IMG/VR virus record: IMGVR_UViG_3300037782_000008
Location: 1 to 36,328 of that record
Source: a virus
Taxonomy: Duplodnaviria; Caudoviricetes
DNA length: 36,328 bases
Strand: one strand, 5' to 3'
Under the pieces are notes generated by a model. The model was not told the DNA's origin, did no database searches, and saw only the letters and a program-made list of their open reading frames with translations. The position numbers were made by a program, and so were the translations under genes. Positions 15,245 to 22,566 of this stretch are shown here, one piece after another (positions within the stretch are counted from its first letter, which is position 1; each line of letters opens with the position of its first letter).

Positions 15245-15594
15245 CCAAGCAACTTGAAGTCGGAAAGACATACACCAGTGAGAATGGCATGGATTGGCTT
15301 TGTATTGCTGTTGATGGTGATATTGCGCACATGCGTTACGACGACATGAAAGATTCCGTAGCTTACTCTTGGAGGCTGGACGGCACCGCTATCAGACTGA
15401 CCGAAGAACACCGCATCGTCTTTGAGCCTGAGCGTGGCGAGGTGGTGCTGTATGGCTACGCTGGCGCGAGCTTTGGGCGCGTAAGTTTCCCCGGTGAGAC
15501 CCGACGCCTGACAATCCCCACCCTCGACGGTGAACTCGCCACTGGCACCTATACCAGCCCAGACGGCCACGAGATCAAGGTGGAGAAGCTGTGA
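15241..15594 (+). CDS. Hypothetical protein
   Basis: AGGAG RBS and ATGA overlap. Confidence 0.75.
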   Translation: MTKQLEVGKTYTSENGMDWLCIAVDGDIAHMRYDDMKDSVAYSWRLDGTAIRLTEEHRIVFEPERGEVVLYGYAGASFGRVSFPGETRRLTIPTLDGELATGTYTSPDGHEIKVEKL

Positions 15595-15962
15595 TGACTG
15601 ACACACTGATCGAACGCGCCAAGGCGGCGCTGGAAATTATGGGCGATGACACATGGTCGCTCACCCCGCAGGAAACGTATGATGGCCGGTCAACCACTCA
15701 ATATTACCGGGTGATGGATCAAAACCTGAACGCCATTTGCTGCGAAGAATACGGCGCACACTGCGACGGTGGGGTGAAAAAAATGCGCCTAATCGCCCTT
15801 GCCCCCGACCTCGCCCGCGCCCTTATCCGAGAGCGTGAGGCAGTGGATGTAGACCTGATTGAGCAGGGCATAAGCGATGTGCTGTCAGAGGGTGGGACTT
15901 ACCGCGAAGCCGCTGAATACGTTGTCCGAACAATCCAGAAGGAGACCAACAATGACAAGTGA
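15591..15962 (+). CDS. Hypothetical protein (Ead/Ea22-like accessory)
   Basis: LIERAKAALE...LIALAPDLARALI pattern; GGAG RBS. Confidence 0.65.
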   Translation: MMTDTLIERAKAALEIMGDDTWSLTPQETYDGRSTTQYYRVMDQNLNAICCEEYGAHCDGGVKKMRLIALAPDLARALIREREAVDVDLIEQGISDVLSEGGTYREAAEYVVRTIQKETNNDK

Positions 15963-16359
15963 AGCACCGGAGCGGATTTGGGCGCAAGACGCTGACCCTA
16001 AAGAATGCGACTACATCGGCGGCGGCTGGTGGGACGATGCTCTAGATGGCACGCAATGCCCACACACAATCGAATACATCCGCGCTGACCACGCCCTAGC
16101 CCTTGTGGCGGAGGCTTATGAGGGTGCGGCGGAAATTTACGAAGTCACTTTTGACAGTCTCGCCAGACTAATCCGCGCCCTCACCCCCGCCGACGCCCTC
16201 GCCGCCCGTGAGGCCCGTGACCGCAAGGTGCGGGAAGAGGCGCTGAGGGAAGCGGCGGCAACCATAACTGAAGATGGTTCGAGAAACACAGTGTATCAAA
16301 AATCTCGCAATGACGCCGCGCTGAAAATCCTCGCCCTGATCGAAGGAGAGACCGAATGA
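15952..16359 (+). CDS. Hypothetical protein (MTSEAPERIW...)
   Basis: AAGGAG RBS before ATG 15952. Confidence 0.7.
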   Translation: MTSEAPERIWAQDADPKECDYIGGGWWDDALDGTQCPHTIEYIRADHALALVAEAYEGAAEIYEVTFDSLARLIRALTPADALAAREARDRKVREEALREAAATITEDGSRNTVYQKSRNDAALKILALIEGETE

Positions 16360-16739
16360 GTGACTATGCACAACGGTTAGACGCACTCAAGAAAGCGAAA
16401 TACCCAGACTTATCAGATGACATGGATATGCATGACATTACAGATGGTGTGTCGTGGATGGCCGACCGCATCGAGGAACTGGAGGCGCAACTGCGCGAAG
16501 CCAGAATGCAATCCTTGGCCGACTTGGGCCAAGCGGATGAGGCGTATAAAGACAGGTTGGCGGCAGAGGCCAAGCTGGCGAAGGCGGTGAACCGGCTAGA
16601 GAAATTGTCTCGATGGCTGGACCTAGACGACGAAGAGCTTGCCGCCATGACAATTGAAGAACTCCCATCCGATCACAGGCACATTCAAAAGCAGGTAAAC
16701 GCCACCCTCAAAGAACTGAAAAGCCACGCCAGCGGATAG
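16356..16739 (+). CDS. Hypothetical coiled-coil protein
   Basis: AGGAG RBS, ATGA overlap; ADRIEELEAQL. Confidence 0.7.
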   Translation: MSDYAQRLDALKKAKYPDLSDDMDMHDITDGVSWMADRIEELEAQLREARMQSLADLGQADEAYKDRLAAEAKLAKAVNRLEKLSRWLDLDDEELAAMTIEELPSDHRHIQKQVNATLKELKSHASG

Positions 16740-16743
16740 CTGA

Positions 16744-16941
16744 CTACCAACACCCCTGAGCGCGGCCAAATTCGTTGTGAGCCAGGATCAGGCGGGCGGT
16801 TTCTTCGGTGAGACTGTCCGCCTGCTCGACCGTGATGGGCTTCCAGCCCGCACAGACCGTGGCGGGATCAATCCCGGCTCCACTCATCTCGCAGCCGGTC
16901 AGCAGCACCGCCAGCGTTGGTAATATCATCGTCAATCTCAT
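16744..16941 (-). CDS. o-spanin (Rz1-like lipoprotein)
   Basis: Lipobox LLTGC; CAGWKPI...ILAHNEFG...CW; overlaps the i-spanin in another frame. Confidence 0.8.
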   Translation of the reverse strand: MRLTMILPTLAVLLTGCEMSGAGIDPATVCAGWKPITVEQADSLTEETARLILAHNEFGRAQGCW

Positions 16942-17119
16942 CGCGCTTTTCCTTTCGCGCCTCTGCCGCAGCCTCAGCCCGCCGCCGGACGCCCTCAGCG
17001 CCTTGCTTACGGCCTTTGCGGCGCTCTATGGCCCCATAGCCCAGAATGATGCCAATCGCCGCCACAGCGCCTCCTATGGCTCGGCCCAGCTTGCTTGTGA
17101 TAATCCACTGCCAGATCAT
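16868..17119 (-). CDS. i-spanin (Rz-like)
   Basis: N-terminal TM, coiled coil, C-terminal RLRDEWSRD. Confidence 0.75.
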   Translation of the reverse strand: MIWQWIITSKLGRAIGGAVAAIGIILGYGAIERRKGRKQGAEGVRRRAEAAAEARKEKRDEIDDDITNAGGAADRLRDEWSRD

Positions 17120-17220
17120 TTATGCCAGTCCCGGTCGATTGCCGCGCCGATCAGCATTCCAGCGATAAGCACAATCGCCCATCCGGCAATGACACCCAAG
17201 CCGAATGCCAGCCAGCACAT
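17116..17220 (-). CDS. 34-aa membrane peptide in the lysis cassette
   Basis: MCWLAFGLGVIAGWAIVLIAGMLIGAAIDRDWHK; TAATG and ATGA coupling. Confidence 0.5.
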   Translation of the reverse strand: MCWLAFGLGVIAGWAIVLIAGMLIGAAIDRDWHK

Positions 17221-17405
17221 TAGACCCGCCCCGCCGCTTTGTCGCGCGACCGCGACCAGATCAGCGACAGACCAATGCCCGAGGCAATCACCACGATCTC
17301 GATCACGTCTGTCTGCATCTCCTCGGGTATCCACCCCTTATTTACGGCATAGACAACCGCGACAGGCGCGACATGCCGGATCAGGCGCTTGATGTCCTCT
17401 TTCAT
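17220..17405 (-). CDS. Putative holin (2 TM)
   Basis: Two hydrophobic segments, LIRH motif and basic C-terminus; directly after the endolysin. Confidence 0.65.
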   Translation of the reverse strand: MKEDIKRLIRHVAPVAVVYAVNKGWIPEEMQTDVIEIVVIASGIGLSLIWSRSRDKAAGRV

Positions 17406-17926
17406 TTGCGGCCTCCGAAGATGCTAGTCAGGAAACTTGCAATCAGCGAAAGCAAGCCTTGCGGTTGCTCTGCGGGATCGGCGTGGATCATAAGACCCGC
17501 TTCAAGCCAGTCACCGACTTGAAAGCCGGGGCAACCCTTGGCGCTGTATTCATTGTGGCCGCTTACGTCCAAGCTGCCATACTGCCCCACCAGCGTATCA
17601 ATCAACTCGCGCAAAGCCGCGTCCTGCTCCGGCGTGAAGTGGTCATAGAAATTATCCGTTGCCGCAGCGCCGTGGCCGCCGAACAGACAGATGCCGATGC
17701 TGTTGCGGTTGTGGCCGCGCACATGCGCCCCAGCCCGTGATACAGGCCGACCGGCTTCAACCGTGCCGTCGCGGTCGATAAGGAAGTGATAGCCTATGGC
17801 GGACCATCCGCGCTCGTCCACATGCCAGCGCCGCACTTCTTCAACCTTGCTGATCGTGCTTTCATCTTCACGCCAGCCCGGTCGGGTCGCTGCGCAATGG
17901 ATGATGATCTCGTCAATCTTTCGCAT
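17402..17926 (-). CDS. Endolysin, N-acetylmuramoyl-L-alanine amidase (Amidase_2, T7 lysozyme-like)
   Basis: IIIHCAAT...GWSAIGYHF...GAHVRGHN...GHNEYSAKGCPGF; AGGAG RBS. Confidence 0.93.
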   Translation of the reverse strand: MRKIDEIIIHCAATRPGWREDESTISKVEEVRRWHVDERGWSAIGYHFLIDRDGTVEAGRPVSRAGAHVRGHNRNSIGICLFGGHGAAATDNFYDHFTPEQDAALRELIDTLVGQYGSLDVSGHNEYSAKGCPGFQVGDWLEAGLMIHADPAEQPQGLLSLIASFLTSIFGGRK

Positions 17927-19158
17927 CAAAACCACTCCTGAAATCTGGCCTTCATTCCATCGCCCGCATGGAACAGAAAACACTCGACGCCCTGCCGGTT
18001 TACGTAGCCGTTGCGGTCGTGCCAGCCGTCAGGCGGGCTTGGGCTGCGGACGTATTCTACATGACAATGCGCTTCCGTGCTAGTGTGGCCGGTGTGGATG
18101 CTCGTCATGCCAATATGATCTTTCTCGGACAGGAACACGTCAGGACCGCGCCGCTTGCGCTGCTTGTGGTGGACGTGGTGCAGAAGCCAATACCTATTCC
18201 GCGCCTCACCTACATGCCCAGCCGCTTCCGTGACCATGAGGGAATATAGCTGTTCTTCTTTCGCGCCGTCGCCATGTGACAGGCCGATCAGGTTCCGTCC
18301 ATATCGGTAATACTTTCGATGCCGCTCGGATATAGCATAGTCCGACGAATGAACGTGAGGGTGTCCAGCGAAATAGGCGGACAAGCCTTGCGCCAGCGTC
18401 CAGCCCAGCACCCAATCATGATTGGACGGGCAAAAGATCAGATCGACCTCGGCCAACTTGGCGCATTCTTCAATGGCGTGTTTCAAAGCCTGGAACGCAT
18501 CGCGCCAACCCTGATACACGCTGCCCTCTGTGTCCTGCGGAGTGCCGCTCGTGGTCGTCTTGCTTGCGTTGTCAACGTGCAAGATGTCGTTACCTAGAAC
18601 GAAAAGCACCCGACCGATGCCAAAGCCCTTGGCGGATTGCAGAAGCGCCTCAGTGCCGCTCACAACGCGGTGAATGGCTTCCTCGCGGCTGTAGGAATAT
18701 CCGGTTTCCGTCTCGACGCACAGCTTCATGAAATGCACGTCTGCCAAGTCAATGACTAGCAGGTGGTCGCCGCCTGCCACATCACGGATTTGCAGCTTGG
18801 GCTTGGTGCCTTCCAGCGCGTCCGAGATTGCGCCGCGCACCACGTCTTTGATGTCCTGCTCGTTTCCGGTGTCGGGGTTTTTGACGAACAGCGAATAACC
18901 GTTGCCGTCCTCGTCTTTGACGATCTTCCAGAAGTGCGACAGGTTCGCTGGGGTTTCTAAGCCGCCTGCCTTTGCGGCTTCCGCTATGGCGGGATCGGCT
19001 TCTTCCCACTTGCGGATTGCCGCTATTCTGGACTTGACCGTAGAGCAGGGAAGCCCAAGCGCCCTTCCAGCCGCTGCCGCTGATCCGTGCTTTTCTAAAG
19101 CCTCACTGACTGCGACAAGCCTGGGATCGTCTGGGCCTGAAAAGGAAGAAGGGCGCAT
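17926..19158 (-). CDS. Calcineurin-like metallophosphoesterase with N-terminal HTH
   Basis: ADVH, GNDILHVD, SNHD, HGD, HVHH; N-terminal AAAGRALGLPCSTVKSRI. Confidence 0.8.
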   Translation of the reverse strand: MRPSSFSGPDDPRLVAVSEALEKHGSAAAAGRALGLPCSTVKSRIAAIRKWEEADPAIAEAAKAGGLETPANLSHFWKIVKDEDGNGYSLFVKNPDTGNEQDIKDVVRGAISDALEGTKPKLQIRDVAGGDHLLVIDLADVHFMKLCVETETGYSYSREEAIHRVVSGTEALLQSAKGFGIGRVLFVLGNDILHVDNASKTTTSGTPQDTEGSVYQGWRDAFQALKHAIEECAKLAEVDLIFCPSNHDWVLGWTLAQGLSAYFAGHPHVHSSDYAISERHRKYYRYGRNLIGLSHGDGAKEEQLYSLMVTEAAGHVGEARNRYWLLHHVHHKQRKRRGPDVFLSEKDHIGMTSIHTGHTSTEAHCHVEYVRSPSPPDGWHDRNGYVNRQGVECFLFHAGDGMKARFQEWF

Positions 19159-19391
19159 TAGCTGCCCACCTTCCCGATCAAAGTCTTTATATCGCTCTGT
19201 ATCTCAGTGAGCGTATTGTAAAGCCTGCTACGATCTTCCTTGGCCGCTTCCAAGTCCTCTTTGCGCTGCTCCCAGAGCCGCTTGATCTCGCGCTCGTTTT
19301 GCAAGCCCTTGGCTTCCAGACGGACCAGCCATGCAGCGAAGGCAATCGCCGCCGCCACTGGCTTCCATCCTGTTACGATCCAGTCTGGCAC
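19158..19391 (-). CDS. Single-TM coiled-coil membrane protein (holin/antiholin-like)
   Basis: N-terminal TM then heptads ending EIQSDIKTLI; at the start of the lysis cassette. Confidence 0.6.
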   Translation of the reverse strand: MPDWIVTGWKPVAAAIAFAAWLVRLEAKGLQNEREIKRLWEQRKEDLEAAKEDRSRLYNTLTEIQSDIKTLIGKVGS

Positions 19392-19403
19392 AACGCCACC
19401 CCC

Positions 19404-19766
19404 TTACAAAATACCCACAGAAGACCGCACAGGCTCATCCAGCTTGGCTTGCAGCCTGTCCTTTACCGCCTGCTCTTTTTCAGCGACAAAGCCGGGGGTA
19501 ATCAACTCGGCCCAGCCAAGGACAGTCTGGCGCTTTTCCTCATCCGGCATTTCCAACAGCACGGACAAGTCGATATAGTTGCTTGCATCGGTCGGCTTGG
19601 GGATACCCTGCGAGCCGTAGATGGTGGTGCTTTCGCCCGTGGCGTCATCCGTGGCGGTTACACGCCAGTGAACCGTCTCAAGCACTTGCTGAAAGACAGT
19701 GCCATCCTCTGCGGTGTATTCGGCCAGTGCTTCGGCGCTCAGGTTCCAGTTGGTCGTCATGGTCAT
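19404..19766 (-). CDS. Tail fibre-associated protein
   Basis: VHWRVTAT...YGS...VLGW pattern; ATGA-coupled to the fibre gene. Confidence 0.6.
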   Translation of the reverse strand: MTMTTNWNLSAEALAEYTAEDGTVFQQVLETVHWRVTATDDATGESTTIYGSQGIPKPTDASNYIDLSVLLEMPDEEKRQTVLGWAELITPGFVAEKEQAVKDRLQAKLDEPVRSSVGIL

Positions 19767-21190
19767 TGGGAGGTCTCCAGTTCTTCCACCCGCTTACGCA
19801 GGTCTTGGATTTCTTTGACGAGCATCGGGACCAGCTTGCTGTAGTCCACCGACCACATGTCGTCTTCGGTCTCGCCCTTGGTGACAGCCTCGGGGGCTAC
19901 CGTGTCCAACTCCTGAGCGATCATGCCGTAGCGTTGGTGTTCACCATCAGCCTTCCAGTCGAACTGGCGCACCTGAATGCCGTCGATCACCGCAGAGGCG
20001 TCTTGGGCGTTCGTGATGTTTTCCTTCAGGCGCTCGTCGGAGGAGGTGTTGTAGGAGGTGGTAGAGCCGTTTGTCTTGATGCTTCCAACCGTTACGCCAG
20101 ATGCGTTTACAAAAACGATTGCACTGTTTGTATAGGTTCCTGATGAGTGGGAAAAACGCATACCGTTTTGAGAGGAAGGGTCAAAGCTGATATGGGTCTT
20201 GTTTCCGGCGGCTACTGTCGTCCCCACCAGCAAGTTCCCGCTGCTGTCGATGCGCATGCGTTCGGAGCCTTGAGTTTGAAAAATATGTGGATCAATGTTT
20301 GTGCGGTATGTAATCCCGCCAGTTCCATCTCCATCCATATCAAACATAATTGATGCGGTGTTGCCAGTGAAACTTCCCCCACCAGTCATGCCAATCCCGA
20401 AACTGCCAGTTTGCGAACGATCTCCAAAGCTAATGCCGTCTCCGTCACTTAGAGATATCTGAAGTTTTTTCGCAGGCGAACTCGTCCCAATCCCCAAACG
20501 CTCAGCACTCGCATCCCATGTTAGCTTTGGGGTTGTCCCCGTATCTTCATAGAACTGAATATCGCCGTTGTTGGCAATGATCATACGCGAATTTGTAGAG
20601 GTGCTATCGTTGGTTTTGAATGTCAAATTTGAGGCAGACGTTGAAATGTCAGCTCTCGACGCTTGAATTTCAGCCACAGAGTTCTGAGTACCCACCTTCT
20701 GCGTGAAAGAAAGGGTTGAGGTGGTTCCCGTGTGGGCCATTGAAATAGTGTTATTGTCCACAGTCAGCCCATCGCTGGTGATCGTGCCGTTTACATCAAG
20801 AGCAGTTGCAGGCGCACTCACCCCAATACCCACCCGGTTATCCGTGCTGTCCACATATAGGGTGTCGGTGTCTACGGTCAGCCCCGCAAAGGACGGGCTG
20901 TCAGTCGTGGCAACGCCTTGGTCCAAGCCCTTTACAGACGCCTCGGAGGTCAATTCACTGTCCATCAAGGCACCAGCGGCAGTCACGTTGGCCGTGTCGG
21001 TTACGTCTGCACCAGCCTCGATGCCGTCCAGCTTGGAACCGTCAGCGGCTACATCCCGGCCATTGACCGATGCAAAAGTAACGTCATCCGTAGTGGCAAC
21101 GCCCTGGTCCATTGCGTCGGTCTTGGTAATCGACGCATTGATCTTTGTCCGAATGCTGCTGCGCTGTTCGCCGTCGTTAAGTGTAGCCAT
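19763..21190 (-). CDS. Tail fibre with C-terminal intramolecular chaperone (peptidase S74)
   Basis: RVGIG/RLGIGT/ERMRIDSSGN repeats; SDERLKENI...GMIAQEL...VDYSKLVPMLVKEIQDL. Confidence 0.9.
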   Translation of the reverse strand: MATLNDGEQRSSIRTKINASITKTDAMDQGVATTDDVTFASVNGRDVAADGSKLDGIEAGADVTDTANVTAAGALMDSELTSEASVKGLDQGVATTDSPSFAGLTVDTDTLYVDSTDNRVGIGVSAPATALDVNGTITSDGLTVDNNTISMAHTGTTSTLSFTQKVGTQNSVAEIQASRADISTSASNLTFKTNDSTSTNSRMIIANNGDIQFYEDTGTTPKLTWDASAERLGIGTSSPAKKLQISLSDGDGISFGDRSQTGSFGIGMTGGGSFTGNTASIMFDMDGDGTGGITYRTNIDPHIFQTQGSERMRIDSSGNLLVGTTVAAGNKTHISFDPSSQNGMRFSHSSGTYTNSAIVFVNASGVTVGSIKTNGSTTSYNTSSDERLKENITNAQDASAVIDGIQVRQFDWKADGEHQRYGMIAQELDTVAPEAVTKGETEDDMWSVDYSKLVPMLVKEIQDLRKRVEELETSQ

Positions 21191-21205
21191 GCTGCAATCC
21201 TCTTG

Positions 21206-21231
21206 CCTTGCCGCACATTAACACGGCAAGG
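21206..21231. promoter_or_regulatory. Hairpin upstream of the tail fibre gene
   Basis: CCTTGCCG-N10-CGGCAAGG; no U-tract. Confidence 0.4.
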
Positions 21232-21246
21232 GATTTGGGGGAAGGG

Positions 21247-21636
21247 TTAGGGGGTTATGTCAGGGCAAGTCGTCGGAATGCCCATAAGTGCATTGGCGCG
21301 GCTTTCGCCGCCACGATCTAGAACATTGGGGAAATACAAAACGCCATCCTCGGTTTCAGCATAGACGCCCGAAACGAAAAGCCCGCGATTGACAAACTCC
21401 AAAGCAATCAGACGCGCTCGTATTTCGTTTACATCGCCGACGGCATAGACCGCGCCCGACTTCGGGTCATACGAAACTTCATCAACGCCCCACACATTTG
21501 CAAGCGAAGCGTCTACGGCGTCCACCGCGTCGCGCACATATTGGCAAACCGCCTCGGGCGTTCTGTCGCCAGTGTATTCCTGCGGCGAACACGCGACCGC
21601 GATGGACAAACCCAATGCTGCAACTGCGTATTTCAT
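21247..21636 (-). CDS. Lipoprotein in Cor (superinfection exclusion) position
   Basis: Signal peptide with lipobox IAVAC; follows J and two small tip genes as in T1/phi80/N15. Confidence 0.65.
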   Translation of the reverse strand: MKYAVAALGLSIAVACSPQEYTGDRTPEAVCQYVRDAVDAVDASLANVWGVDEVSYDPKSGAVYAVGDVNEIRARLIALEFVNRGLFVSGVYAETEDGVLYFPNVLDRGGESRANALMGIPTTCPDITP

Positions 21637-21646
21637 AGCTATCTCC

Positions 21647-22276
21647 TCATAGTGAAATCAAAGCTGGCACCTGCACAACGCCGCTAAATGACGTAGGCGC
21701 ACCACTGACACCTGTTGCGATAATGCGCACAAACTGGAGACGCGGTTGATACACATTTGCACTAGATCGCCTAAGCCCAGCGCCATAGAGCGCCACATCC
21801 GTTGATCCAGATGCGACATACTTAGCCCGAAATGCCGTCGAAGGGAGGTGAACCCAATCTCCTGAAGCGGTAATATCAACCGAAGTGCTATTGTCAAAGT
21901 CAATTTCAGCAACATATTGGTCGTCAATCGGCACCATGTCATAGCTGGAACTGAATACCATGTTGCCCGAAGCGTCAAATATCTCCATGCCGTAGCCGCC
22001 TAAAGAAGGACGCCCGCTAATATTTTGCGCCTCTCGCACTTGCAGCGATGACTCGCCAGATAATATTTTTCCGTTTTCTCCAGTGAGCAAAATGCTAGGA
22101 TTAGGCATTTTGTAGAAAAGCGGAGTGGCACCGACGCAAGCGTCATACTCATACCATGAATGGTCAGGGGATGTCGTGCCGGAAACGGTTGTTTCATTGA
22201 CCAGAGAGTAGATGGGCAAGCTGTCGTCTATGACGATCTCGCCATTGTCATTCTCGGCCAAGAAGCCGTAAGACAT
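21647..22276 (-). CDS. Tail tip accessory protein (MSYGFLAENDNG...)
   Basis: Two YG-x-x-x-D/N-x-x-G repeats; located after J. Confidence 0.7.
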   Translation of the reverse strand: MSYGFLAENDNGEIVIDDSLPIYSLVNETTVSGTTSPDHSWYEYDACVGATPLFYKMPNPSILLTGENGKILSGESSLQVREAQNISGRPSLGGYGMEIFDASGNMVFSSSYDMVPIDDQYVAEIDFDNSTSVDITASGDWVHLPSTAFRAKYVASGSTDVALYGAGLRRSSANVYQPRLQFVRIIATGVSGAPTSFSGVVQVPALISL

Positions 22277-22566
22277 TACCGCACCCTCCACACCATTAGG
22301 TAAAAGTCCGTGGTGGTCGGAATGCTGGTGTAGGAAATGGCGTTTTCAGTCCATGTGATGTCGGAGCCGTCAAACGTGAGTTCCGGCGGTGTCTTCCCGT
22401 CATTGATCTCTAGCGCAAGAATTGAATTGCTGCTGGTAAACCCGGAAGGTGCAGTATCAGTTCCAGACGCGGTTGATTTCAAAGACCGATACGCCAACTG
22501 CGCGGACCGAAGCCCAGCGATTGACTCAAAGCCGTTAGCCGTTCTGATCTCCATGCCATACGCCAT
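22276..22566 (-). CDS. Tail tip accessory protein (MAYGMEIRTANG...)
   Basis: TGATG-coupled to J; MAYG start typical of this position. Confidence 0.7.
   Translation of the reverse strand: MAYGMEIRTANGFESIAGLRSAQLAYRSLKSTASGTDTAPSGFTSSNSILALEINDGKTPPELTFDGSDITWTENAISYTSIPTTTDFYLMVWRVR

Noticed and set aside
19763-21190. Diversity-generating retroelement acting on the tail fibre
   Set aside because: No reverse transcriptase and no TR/VR pair. The duplicated DQGVATTD segment (about 20905-20932 and 21090-21111) is an ordinary fibre repeat.
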